DNA from: Planctomycetota bacterium
GTDB taxonomy: Bacteria; Planctomycetota; PLA2; JAEUHO01
Assembly: GCA_965223505.1 (NCBI GenBank)
Contig: CBDCWP010000031.1
Coordinates: forward strand, 32,001-96,000
Direction of reading: 5' to 3'
Length of the DNA stretch: 64,000 bases
In this document: piece by piece, positions 10,031 to 18,759 of the stretch
Layout: each line of letters begins with the position of its first letter
Position numbering within the stretch: the stretch's first letter is position 1
Translations under genes and position numbers: made by a program
Notes under the pieces: generated by a model
Database searches by the model: none
What the model saw: only the letters and a program-made list of their open reading frames with translations
Told to the model about the DNA's origin: nothing

Positions 10031-11527
10031 CTACTTGGTGGCTTCGGCACGGGACATCTCGACGATCTCATCGTCGGTCACGCACGCGGTGCGCAGGACG
10101 CCCGGTGCCACCTCGTGCCACCAACTCCAGTCGCCCTGCTTCTTCGACTCGCGAATCGCCAGCTCCCAGTCGCGCAGGAACGAGATGAGGAACAGCGGCT
10201 CCAACCCGCGCTCGAGGAACAGTCCGTGCAGGTTGCCGAAGCCGGGCTCGTGGTCCAGCAGGTGCGCGCTGCCGTAGAAGAGGATGACGATTCCTCGAGG
10301 GTCTTCCTTCAGCGCCTTCGCGACCGCGTCCGCGACGCGCCGGTTGCGCTCGAAGAACTCCATCTCCGGCTCCATCGGGTCATCGAGCGCCACGATCCCG
10401 GGACGACGCTCCGCGTCCGGCGTGTCCGCGGCCGGCAGTCCTTCCTTCGGCGACTCGAGCATGCCGACGCGGATCAGCGTCGCGCCGGCCGTGTGAACGC
10501 TCTCCGCGATGTTGACGTACCCGCTGACCGGCCACACCGTGCAGCTCCGCATCAGCTCGAGCAGGGCGGCGCCGTCGTCCACGATCGGCGCGGAGAAGAG
10601 CGGACGTGCCTTCTCGAATTTGTCATCGGGGATCATCTCGAGGCCGACGATCGCGTTGCGTTCCTGGTCGCGGTACATCGGCCCGATCTCGTTGAGGATT
10701 CGCGCGAACGCGCGCTGACACGGCTGCAAGTCGTGGCGGTCCGAGACCACGATGACGTCGGCGGCCTGCACGCGCGCCTGCACGTCCGTCATGTGCAAGC
10801 GCACGGCCTGGTCCGGGTCCTTCCGGATCTTGTCGCGAATGCGCACCAGCGGCGCGATGGCGGCCGCCAGCCACGGGAAGTCGGGACCGCCGATCGTGCT
10901 GTCGATCTCGCGCAGCGCCTTCAATGACGCCCGGGTGTGCAGCCCGCCGCAGCGCGAGTGCGGATCGCGTGCGCTGGACACGACGTCGGCCACGGTTACG
11001 GACTTGCCGCAGATCCACCCGCGCTCGACACGGGTGCACGCGGCGAGCTTCACCGAGACCTGCGTCGTCCCCGCGGTCACCGTGAAGAACACGTTGCCGC
11101 CCTCGATGCCCCAGTGCTCCTCGAAGGTCGTGTTGTGCGGTTCGAGCCCCTGGAAGCTCGCGATCGGCAGGTGGCACTCCGTCGCCAGGATCCTGCGGGT
11201 CTCGGCGAAGCTCTTGCGCAGCGCGTCACGGTGCCGGCGGCGCATGCCGTCGAATCCACCGGCATCACTCAGCTCCCGGCGGGCGTGCTCGAGATCGCGC
11301 GCAGTTCCTCGCGACTGGACGCGGTCGAAGACGTACTCGAGATCGCTCTTGGTGGGCCCCAGCGCCTCGAACGCGTCGACGTCGTCCGCCATCAACGCTT
11401 CGTACGCCCGCCACGCCAGCTCGCGAGCGCTCTGCGCTGCCGGGCGCGCGTCCCCGCTGTCGAGGGCGTACAAGAGCACCGCAATCACGGGCGCAGCGAG
11501 CAGCAGCACCCAGATCCAGCGCTTCAC
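10031..11527 (-). CDS. Exported protein with C-terminal ChaN/Tiki-like domain
   Basis: N-terminal TM (KRWIWVLLLAAPVIAVLLY); VIVVSDRH, VGLEM, RN..., ILFYGSAHL resemble ChaN. GTG at 11527; this is the real part of track ORF 10031..13501. Confidence 0.6.
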   Translation of the reverse strand: MKRWIWVLLLAAPVIAVLLYALDSGDARPAAQSARELAWRAYEALMADDVDAFEALGPTKSDLEYVFDRVQSRGTARDLEHARRELSDAGGFDGMRRRHRDALRKSFAETRRILATECHLPIASFQGLEPHNTTFEEHWGIEGGNVFFTVTAGTTQVSVKLAACTRVERGWICGKSVTVADVVSSARDPHSRCGGLHTRASLKALREIDSTIGGPDFPWLAAAIAPLVRIRDKIRKDPDQAVRLHMTDVQARVQAADVIVVSDRHDLQPCQRAFARILNEIGPMYRDQERNAIVGLEMIPDDKFEKARPLFSAPIVDDGAALLELMRSCTVWPVSGYVNIAESVHTAGATLIRVGMLESPKEGLPAADTPDAERRPGIVALDDPMEPEMEFFERNRRVADAVAKALKEDPRGIVILFYGSAHLLDHEPGFGNLHGLFLERGLEPLFLISFLRDWELAIRESKKQGDWSWWHEVAPGVLRTACVTDDEIVEMSRAEATK

Positions 11528-11529
11528 GT

Positions 11530-13170
11530 CTACTTCGCGGCGCCACCGACGCTGATCGCGCGGCCTGCCACGGCCTGGGCGCGGCGCTTGTGCTTCTTGC
11601 TGGAGAACAGTCCGAAGAACCACGGCATGATCTGGCTGAACACGCGCACGCGGCGCTCGATCCACTCGCTCACGGTGTAGATCAGCCACACCAACGGCGT
11701 CATCACCCACGCGATCGCGCGCGTCAGGTGCCTGAACCCGGGGATCCGTGCGATCAGCATCGGAAGGAAGAAGAGCACGTCGAGGATCTTCGTCTTGCCG
11801 ATCCACGAGTGACGCGTCGCGCCCAGGATCGCCTTGCAGACGAGGTACAGCGGGTCGATCGTCAGCCCGCGGTGACGGTAGAGCTTCGTCATCGAGTTCA
11901 AGAAGCGCCACGGCGTGTACTGGCCGAACTTGATCTTGTTCTTGATCCGCTTGCGCTCGCGGCCGCGGATCATCTCCATCCCGGGCTTCACCTCGCCGTT
12001 CTCGTCGTAGATCATCGGGTAGAGATCGGACTTCTCCGGTACGCGCAGCCGGTTGGTGACCAGCGTGTCGACGCGGTGCCGGCCGCCGAACCAGAGGAAC
12101 TCCATCATGTCCGCTTCGGTCTCGCCCGGCGACCCGAGGAGGAAGTTGCAGAAGAGCAGGATGTTCGTCTTGCTCATCATGCCCATGGCCTTCTCGGCCT
12201 GCGCGACCTTCTGCGCCTTGCGGTAGAAGCGCAGCATCTCGTCGTCGAGCGACTCGACGCCGAACGCGAGCGCCAGGAATCCCGCGCGCTCGAGCTTCTT
12301 CAGCACGGAGACGTCGCTCTTCACGACGTGGTCGACGCGGCCGGTGCCGATCAGGACCTTGCGCACGTCGCTCGCGATCAGCAGGTCCGCGAGCTTGTCG
12401 AGCTCCTCCATGTCCGTGGTCATGTCGTCGTCGACCCACAGCACGAAGGGCGCGTCGATCTCGGCCAGCTCGTTGAACTGGCTCTGCGCCGAGCGTCCGT
12501 TCCAGCGCAGGTACTGACCGTCGGTGTCCTTGCCGTACTGGTAGCAGAAGCGGCACTTGTAGTCGCACCCCATGGCCGCGCGCACCAGGTCGATCTTGAT
12601 GCCCAGCACGTGGTACTCGTAGCGCGGATTGCGCAAGCTTCGCCGCGGATAGACGTCCTCGGAGAGGGGATGGCTGACCTTCTGGTTCCGAACGATTTCG
12701 TCGCCGCGACGCCAGGCGAGGTTGGGAATGTCTCGGGGCGAGCCCGCTTCCATCAGCGCCTTCGCGGGGATGTTCGCGACGCCCTCGATGACGACGTCGA
12801 TGCGCGGGTACTTCTCGAGGGTCTCGACGGCGTTGCCGAACCCGGTGCCGCCCGCGGCGATCGGCGTGTCCGCCGGAATCTGCGCCATGACCTCGTCGAT
12901 TACGTGCACGCCCCACTTGCCGAAGATCGCGCAGTCTTCGAAGAAGCCGTAGAGGCAGACCAGGTCCGCCTGCTCGATCTGTTCGCGCACGTCGTCTTCG
13001 AACCGCATGTCGAGCAGCGTCGCGTTGCAGCCGGCCTCGAGGACGCCCGCGTGCAGGTACTCGGCGGCGAGCGGGGGCAGGCACAAGTACGGGTTTTGAT
13101 ACGTGTACGGGTACACGATCAGCACATCGCGGACTCTTTCGCCGGCCTTCTGTTCGTACGTCGAGACCAT
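11530..13170 (-). CDS. Cobalamin-binding radical SAM protein
   Basis: N-terminal B12-binding-like region (LIVYP...PPLAAEYL...AGG), CxxxCxxC (CDYKCRFC), VDDD, FGVES, GSPGET; hydrophobic C-terminus; AAGGAG SD. Confidence 0.88.
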   Translation of the reverse strand: MVSTYEQKAGERVRDVLIVYPYTYQNPYLCLPPLAAEYLHAGVLEAGCNATLLDMRFEDDVREQIEQADLVCLYGFFEDCAIFGKWGVHVIDEVMAQIPADTPIAAGGTGFGNAVETLEKYPRIDVVIEGVANIPAKALMEAGSPRDIPNLAWRRGDEIVRNQKVSHPLSEDVYPRRSLRNPRYEYHVLGIKIDLVRAAMGCDYKCRFCYQYGKDTDGQYLRWNGRSAQSQFNELAEIDAPFVLWVDDDMTTDMEELDKLADLLIASDVRKVLIGTGRVDHVVKSDVSVLKKLERAGFLALAFGVESLDDEMLRFYRKAQKVAQAEKAMGMMSKTNILLFCNFLLGSPGETEADMMEFLWFGGRHRVDTLVTNRLRVPEKSDLYPMIYDENGEVKPGMEMIRGRERKRIKNKIKFGQYTPWRFLNSMTKLYRHRGLTIDPLYLVCKAILGATRHSWIGKTKILDVLFFLPMLIARIPGFRHLTRAIAWVMTPLVWLIYTVSEWIERRVRVFSQIMPWFFGLFSSKKHKRRAQAVAGRAISVGGAAK

Positions 13171-13443
13171 GCCGCTCCTTCGGTGGATCGAGTATAGATC
13201 CGCAGCTTGCGAAGTCCTTGAAACTCGCGCCGATGGCAGGGCGAGAGCGCGCCGGGCGTGGAGTCTTGCCGAACCGCTGTGTCGCGCAGAGACCCGGTCG
13301 CAGCGGGGGCAACCGGCGGTATGCTTCCGTAGGGTATGGACGTACGCGCGTCCGCAGTTGCGGCCGCTCGGCCGAACATCGCCGGGCTCCGGCGGCGCGG
13401 TGCACGCACCCATTGCGCCCCTCGCACGTCCAATGGAGACCCC

Positions 13444-14706
13444 GTGATTCGACCGACTCATGCATCGCGCGTCGCCGCCATCGCCGCCGGCGGCATCGCA
13501 CTTCTGATCGCGACTGCCTGCGGCGGCGGCGGCTCGCAGCCGACCCCGGAGCCCGCGCAGCTCGGTGATCCCATCGCGGGCCTGAGCGCGGACGAGCTCG
13601 CGGCGTTCGAGGCCGGCAAGCTGGTTTTCGAACGTCGCTTCAAGCCCAGTGAGGGCCTCGGGCCGCTCTACAACGCGACCTCGTGCGTCAGCTGCCACAG
13701 CTCGCCGGTGACCGGCGGCTCGTCGAAGCTGTATCGCAACTTCTACGTCGCGCGCTCGGGCGACCCGACGGTTCCTGGCGGACAGTCGGACCTCGCGGGT
13801 CTGCCGAGCCTCGTCATTCCGGCGTTCGGGAGCGGGCCGCACGCGACGACGACGTTCACGCTCCAAGGCGGCCGCAGGTTGATTCCCCACGACGGCCTCA
13901 ACGGCGGCAGCGGGGATCCCGTCCAGGTCGCGCAGCGCAACGCGATCCCGATCTTCGGCGTCGGTCTCTTCCAGTCCGTGACCAACGCGACGATCATGTC
14001 GAACGCCGATCCCGAAGATGCCGACGCGGACGGCATCAGCGGGCGCTTCAACGTCGTCAACGGCATCGTCGGCCGCTTCGGCGTGAAGGCGCAGGCCGAG
14101 AGCATCGAGGCCTTCACGCGACCGCCGCTCCAGAACCAGATGGGCATCACGACCAACGCGTTCATCGCCAACGCGAAGATTCGCGAGCAGGGGACGATCG
14201 GAACGAACACGCCGACGACCGACAACGACGGCGTGCCGGACCCGGAGCTGTCGAACGCCGACCTCGGGAGCCTGATCGTGTTCACGCTCTTCCTCGGCCC
14301 GCCCCGCAAGAAGCCGTTCAATGCCGCCGCCACGCGCGGCGAAGAGGTGTTCGACGCCCTCGGCTGCGTGAAGTGCCACATCCCGTCGCTGCCGTCTTCG
14401 CGCGGACCCGTCGATGCGTACACCGACCTGCTGCTGCACGACATGGGATCGGACCTCGCCGACCACATCGCGATGGGGACGCCCCAGGCATCGACGATCG
14501 ACGGTCCTACGACGGATACCGAGTTCCGGACCCAGCCGCTGTGGGGCGTGTCGCTGCACGGCCCGTGGCTGCACGACGGTCGTGCCGGGAGCTTGATGGA
14601 GGCGATCCTCCTTCACGGCGGCGAAGCCCAGGCCATTCGCGACGCGTTCGACGCGCTCACCGCCGGTGAGAAGGCGGACGTGATCGCCTTTCTGGAGCAC
14701 CTGTGA
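13444..14706 (+). CDS. Di-haem oxidoreductase family (DHOR/DUF1111) lipoprotein
   Basis: GLGPLYNATSCVSCH, DPEDADADGISGR, GRFGVKA, GCVKCH, YTDLLLHDMG, FRTQPLWG, HDGRA; lipobox ATAC. Confidence 0.9.
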   Translation: MIRPTHASRVAAIAAGGIALLIATACGGGGSQPTPEPAQLGDPIAGLSADELAAFEAGKLVFERRFKPSEGLGPLYNATSCVSCHSSPVTGGSSKLYRNFYVARSGDPTVPGGQSDLAGLPSLVIPAFGSGPHATTTFTLQGGRRLIPHDGLNGGSGDPVQVAQRNAIPIFGVGLFQSVTNATIMSNADPEDADADGISGRFNVVNGIVGRFGVKAQAESIEAFTRPPLQNQMGITTNAFIANAKIREQGTIGTNTPTTDNDGVPDPELSNADLGSLIVFTLFLGPPRKKPFNAAATRGEEVFDALGCVKCHIPSLPSSRGPVDAYTDLLLHDMGSDLADHIAMGTPQASTIDGPTTDTEFRTQPLWGVSLHGPWLHDGRAGSLMEAILLHGGEAQAIRDAFDALTAGEKADVIAFLEHL

Positions 14707-15905
14707 TGCGCGCCGTCCTGTTGTTCTCGGTACTCGTGTTCGCGCTCGCCTCGGCGTTGCTCGCCGCGCAGAGCGGGGCGCCGCCCGTCTCGAGTCGGAT
14801 TGCGAGCGCGTTGCCTGGCGACGGCGCGTTCGATGCGCCCGTGCCGCCCGTCGGCGCGCCCGGTGGCCCCTCGCGCGTGCTGAACGCGGTGGAGCTGGAC
14901 CGGTGGAAGCGCGGTCGCGCGTTGTTCGACCACGACTTTCACCGCGCGGACGGACTCGGCACGCCGGAGTTCAACGCCGACAGCTGCCGCGCCTGCCACC
15001 AGGATCCGCAGATCGGCGGCGCCGGCGGGCTCGAGCTCAACGTCTCGCGCTTCGGCCGCGACTTCGGATCGTCGACCACGTTCACGGATCTCCCGGGCGG
15101 GCAGGCAGCCAGCCGACTGCGCCCGCCGTACGTGCTCGCGCGCGAGGAGATCGACGCGACGGCCGACGTGTTCGAACAACGCCAGACACCGTCGCTCTTC
15201 GGCGCGGGCCTGATCGATTCGATCTCGGACGCGGAGATCCTCTCGAACGAAGACCCCACCGACACCGACAGCGACGGCGTGTTCGGTGTCGCGCGGATCG
15301 TCGACGCCGGCGGGTCGCTCGAGGTGGGTCGCTTCGGCTGGCGTGCACAGGTCCCCCGCGTCACGGACTTCGTACGCGACGCGATGGCGGGCGAGTGCGG
15401 CATCACCACGCCGGACGACGGGCGCGGTTTCGCGCTCGTGGCCGACGCCGACGCGGTGCCGGATCCGGAGCTGACGGTCGAGCAGGTCGACGACCTCGCG
15501 TTCTTTCTGTCGAATCTCGCGCCGCCTGCGCGCGGCGGCTCGCAGAGCGCCCTCGTCGTTCAAGGGGAGCAGCTCTTCGAGACGATCGGCTGCGCGACGT
15601 GCCACATCCCGACGTTGCAAGGCGCACAAGGGCCCGTGAACCTGTTCTCGGATCTGTTGTTGCACGACGTTTCGCCGGCCGGGTTCCGCGGCATGGCCGA
15701 GGCCGGTGCGCCGGTCGGTTTCTATCGAACACCGCCGCTCTGGGGCAACTGTGAAACTGCGCCGTACATGCACGACGGCGCCGCGGAGACGGTCGAAGCG
15801 GCGATCGAGATGCACTTCGGGGAGGCCGACGCAGCGCGCGTGGCGTTCGCCGGTTTGACGCAGCAGGAAAAGGAAGCCCTCCTGGCGTTTCTCGCGGATC
15901 TCTAG
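14703..15905 (+). CDS. Second DHOR/DUF1111-family di-haem protein
   Basis: FNADSCRACH, DPTDTDSDGVFG, GRFGWRA, GCATCH, FSDLLLHD, YRTPPLWG, HDG; signal peptide. Confidence 0.9.
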   Translation: MMRAVLLFSVLVFALASALLAAQSGAPPVSSRIASALPGDGAFDAPVPPVGAPGGPSRVLNAVELDRWKRGRALFDHDFHRADGLGTPEFNADSCRACHQDPQIGGAGGLELNVSRFGRDFGSSTTFTDLPGGQAASRLRPPYVLAREEIDATADVFEQRQTPSLFGAGLIDSISDAEILSNEDPTDTDSDGVFGVARIVDAGGSLEVGRFGWRAQVPRVTDFVRDAMAGECGITTPDDGRGFALVADADAVPDPELTVEQVDDLAFFLSNLAPPARGGSQSALVVQGEQLFETIGCATCHIPTLQGAQGPVNLFSDLLLHDVSPAGFRGMAEAGAPVGFYRTPPLWGNCETAPYMHDGAAETVEAAIEMHFGEADAARVAFAGLTQQEKEALLAFLADL

Positions 15906-15908
15906 CGC

Positions 15909-16382
15909 ATGCGACGACGTTTCGCCCTCCTGGTCGCGCTCGTCTTCGTCGCGGGGTGCGGCGCCAGCCCGTCCGCACCGCGCGTGCCGACCGCCAACCT
16001 CGACGCGCTGCCGACGACACGCATCCTGGTGGGGGGCGCCGAGGTCGAAGTCTGGCTCGCGACGACGCCGGCGCAGCAAGAGCAGGGACTCATGTTCGCA
16101 ACACCGGAACAGCTGGCGCCGTTGCCCGACGGAACGCGCCGGGGCATGCTGTTCGTGTTCGACCCCGCAGCGTTCGTCAGCTTCTACATGCGGGATACGT
16201 TCGTGCCGCTCGACCTCGCCTACATCAGGTTCGACCGCTTCATCGTCGCCATCCACGATCTCGCGCCGCTCGACGAGACGATGGTCCTCTCGACGGAGCC
16301 GGTCGCGTTTGCGCTCGAGGTACCCGCAGGGACGCTCAGCGAGCTCGGCGTCGACGTCGGAGACGCCGTGTTGATACCCTGA
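15909..16382 (+). CDS. DUF192-family lipoprotein
   Basis: VAGC lipobox; A.TP....QGLM, GMLFVF, FYMRDT.VPLDLAYI, ALEVPAG, GVDVGD. Confidence 0.88.
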   Translation: MRRRFALLVALVFVAGCGASPSAPRVPTANLDALPTTRILVGGAEVEVWLATTPAQQEQGLMFATPEQLAPLPDGTRRGMLFVFDPAAFVSFYMRDTFVPLDLAYIRFDRFIVAIHDLAPLDETMVLSTEPVAFALEVPAGTLSELGVDVGDAVLIP

Positions 16383-16439
16383 CCGGGTTCGGGGAGCGCG
16401 GTTCGCCGCGCCGAGAATCAGAGGTATGCTCCAAACGGC

Positions 16440-18731
16440 TTGGGCGCGGAGACAGACTCGGAGACCCGCCTGGTGACGCGTTCAGCGCGCTTGTATCGGG
16501 GCCTTTGCCTCCCCGCCATCGGCCTCGCCGCTGTTCTCACGCTCCTGGCGTGTGGCGGAGGGAGCAGCCCGGACCTGCAGGTGCCGCCGCCCCCGCAGGG
16601 TGGGGGCCCGTTCGGTCTGGACGCGCGAACGCCCCTGGCCCAGCTCGCATTTCCCACGTCGACGCCGAACCCGGGCGCCGTCCCGCTCGAGCCAGCGTTT
16701 CCCAATCTCGTCTTCGCACGCCCCGTGTACCTGACGGCGGCGCCCGACGGAACCGACTGGATCTACGTCGTCGAGCAGCGGGGACGCATCTGGGTGTTCC
16801 CAAACGACGACAGCGTGCAAACCGCCGACACGTTCCTGGACTTGCGGCCGGTCGTCGGCGGACCCGTCACCGGAACCCAGAACGAGGAAGGACTGCTCGG
16901 CCTTGCGTTCGATCCGGACTACGGCACCAACGGCGTGTTCTACGTCTACTACTCGTCCGTCTCGGGTCCGCAGGGCCGACGCTCGGTTATCTCTCGCTTC
17001 ACGGCGACCTTTCCCCAGGGCCAGGCGCCCACGGCGAACGCCAACTCCGAAGAGATCATCCTGGAGGTGCCGCAGTTCCAGTGGAACCACAACGCCGGCA
17101 TGATGGACTTCGGTCCGGACGGGTTCCTCTACGTCGCGTTCGGCGACGGGGGCGGGGCCGGCGATCCGCAGGACCACGGCCAGGACCCGAGCACGTTTCT
17201 CGGGTCCCTGATCCGGATCGATCCGCGCAACCCACCGGCCGGCCGGACCTACGGCATCCCGACCGACAACCCGTTCGTCGGCGAGGCGGGCATGCTCGAG
17301 GAGATCTGGGCCTACGGATTGCGCAACCCGTGGCGCTTCTCCTTCGACCGCAACACCGGCACGCTCTATCTCGGCGACGTCGGCCAGGGCGCGCGCGAGG
17401 AGGTCGACATCATCCGGCGCGGCGGCAACTACGCGTGGCCGATCTGGGAAGGCAACGCGGTCTTCGACGGAGGGATCCCGGCGAACCAGTTCGACATGCC
17501 GATCCTGGACTACGGGACCGGGCTCGGCCGCACCGTCATCGGCGGCTACGTCTATCGCGGCACCGCCGTGCCCAGCCTGAACGGCCTCTACGTCTACGGT
17601 GACAACGCGAGCGGCCGAATCTGGGCGATGAACTACGACGGCCAGCAGGTCGTCACGAACACCGAGATCAACACGCTGGGCAACGTGTGCAGCTTCGGCG
17701 AGGACGGCAACGCCGAGCTCTACGCCGTCTCGAACAGCGGGCCGATCCGGCGCTTCGTCGAGCCGAACGGCGTTCCGCCGCCCGCGTTCCCGGACACGTT
17801 GAGCGCGACGGGGATGTTCACGAACCTCGTCGATCTCACGCCGGCCGCGGGCCTGGTCGAGTACGACGTCAACGCGCCGCTGTGGTCGGACAACGCGGCG
17901 AAGCGCCGCTGGATCGGCGTGCCCGGCACCGCCCGGATCACGTTCTCCAACGGCGTGTACCAGTTCCCGGTCGACACGATCCTCGTCAAGCACTTCGAGC
18001 TCGAACTGACGGTGGGGGATCCGAGCACGCGGCGGCGGCTCGAGACGCGGGTGCTCATCAACCACGCCACCGGCTGGGCGGGCTACACGTACCGATGGAA
18101 TGCCGCCCAGACCGATGCGACGCTGCTGGCCGACGCACTCGATGAGACGTTCGTCATCCAGGATCCGAGCGCGCCCGGTGGGCAGCGCGACCAGGTGTGG
18201 CGCTACCCGAGCCGCACCGACTGCCTGCAGTGCCACACGGCGACGGCGGGTCGGATCCTCGGTTTCCGCACCGAGCAGCTCAATCGCGACTTCGCGTACC
18301 CGAACGCGACGGACAATCAGCTGCGAACGCTCAATCACATCGGGCTGTTCACGTCCGACATCGGCGATCACGCGCAGTACTCCGCGTGGGCCGATCCGCG
18401 CGACGCCGGCGCATCCGTCACCGCGCGCGCCCGTGCCTACCTACAGGTCAACTGCGCGCAGTGTCACCTGCCGGGCGGGCCCGCGCCGAGCGACATCGAC
18501 TTGCGGCACGACACGGCGGCGGCCGGCATGAACGCGATCGGGGTGCCCGCGCAGCTGGGCAACCTGGGCCTGCCGAACCCGGAGATCATCGACGCCTTCT
18601 CGAAGGAGAACAGCGTGCTGTGGCTGCGCCTGGGCACCACGGATCACACCCGCATGCCGAAGCTCGGCAGCAACCTCGTCGACGATCCCGGCATGGCGTT
18701 GGTCGGCCAGTGGATCGACCAGGGTCCGTAG
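16440..18731 (+). CDS. PQQ-dependent sugar dehydrogenase (GSDH) fused to a di-haem cytochrome c domain
   Basis: EEGLLGLAFDP, NHNAG...FGPDGFLY..GDGG, EIWAYGLRNPWRFSFD; then YDVNAPLWSD.A.KRRW, CLQCH, NCAQCH, RMP. Start uncertain. Confidence 0.88.
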   Translation: MGAETDSETRLVTRSARLYRGLCLPAIGLAAVLTLLACGGGSSPDLQVPPPPQGGGPFGLDARTPLAQLAFPTSTPNPGAVPLEPAFPNLVFARPVYLTAAPDGTDWIYVVEQRGRIWVFPNDDSVQTADTFLDLRPVVGGPVTGTQNEEGLLGLAFDPDYGTNGVFYVYYSSVSGPQGRRSVISRFTATFPQGQAPTANANSEEIILEVPQFQWNHNAGMMDFGPDGFLYVAFGDGGGAGDPQDHGQDPSTFLGSLIRIDPRNPPAGRTYGIPTDNPFVGEAGMLEEIWAYGLRNPWRFSFDRNTGTLYLGDVGQGAREEVDIIRRGGNYAWPIWEGNAVFDGGIPANQFDMPILDYGTGLGRTVIGGYVYRGTAVPSLNGLYVYGDNASGRIWAMNYDGQQVVTNTEINTLGNVCSFGEDGNAELYAVSNSGPIRRFVEPNGVPPPAFPDTLSATGMFTNLVDLTPAAGLVEYDVNAPLWSDNAAKRRWIGVPGTARITFSNGVYQFPVDTILVKHFELELTVGDPSTRRRLETRVLINHATGWAGYTYRWNAAQTDATLLADALDETFVIQDPSAPGGQRDQVWRYPSRTDCLQCHTATAGRILGFRTEQLNRDFAYPNATDNQLRTLNHIGLFTSDIGDHAQYSAWADPRDAGASVTARARAYLQVNCAQCHLPGGPAPSDIDLRHDTAAAGMNAIGVPAQLGNLGLPNPEIIDAFSKENSVLWLRLGTTDHTRMPKLGSNLVDDPGMALVGQWIDQGP

Positions 18732-18759
18732 GAGGACGCCGCCTTGCGCGCGGATGTCG

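Noticed and set aside
7817..10927. 1036-aa alternative-frame ORF over lysS, and similar long overlapping ORFs (e.g. 18880..22065, 24866..27523, 35557..38388, 58989..61391)
   Set aside because: Arg/Gly/Ala-rich shadow frames typical of ~70% GC DNA; they overlap well-supported genes and show no motifs.
10031..14700. Apparent giant proteins 10031..13501 and 11530..14700
   Set aside because: Their N-terminal parts are off-frame or antisense read-through of neighbouring genes; the real starts are 11527 and 13170.
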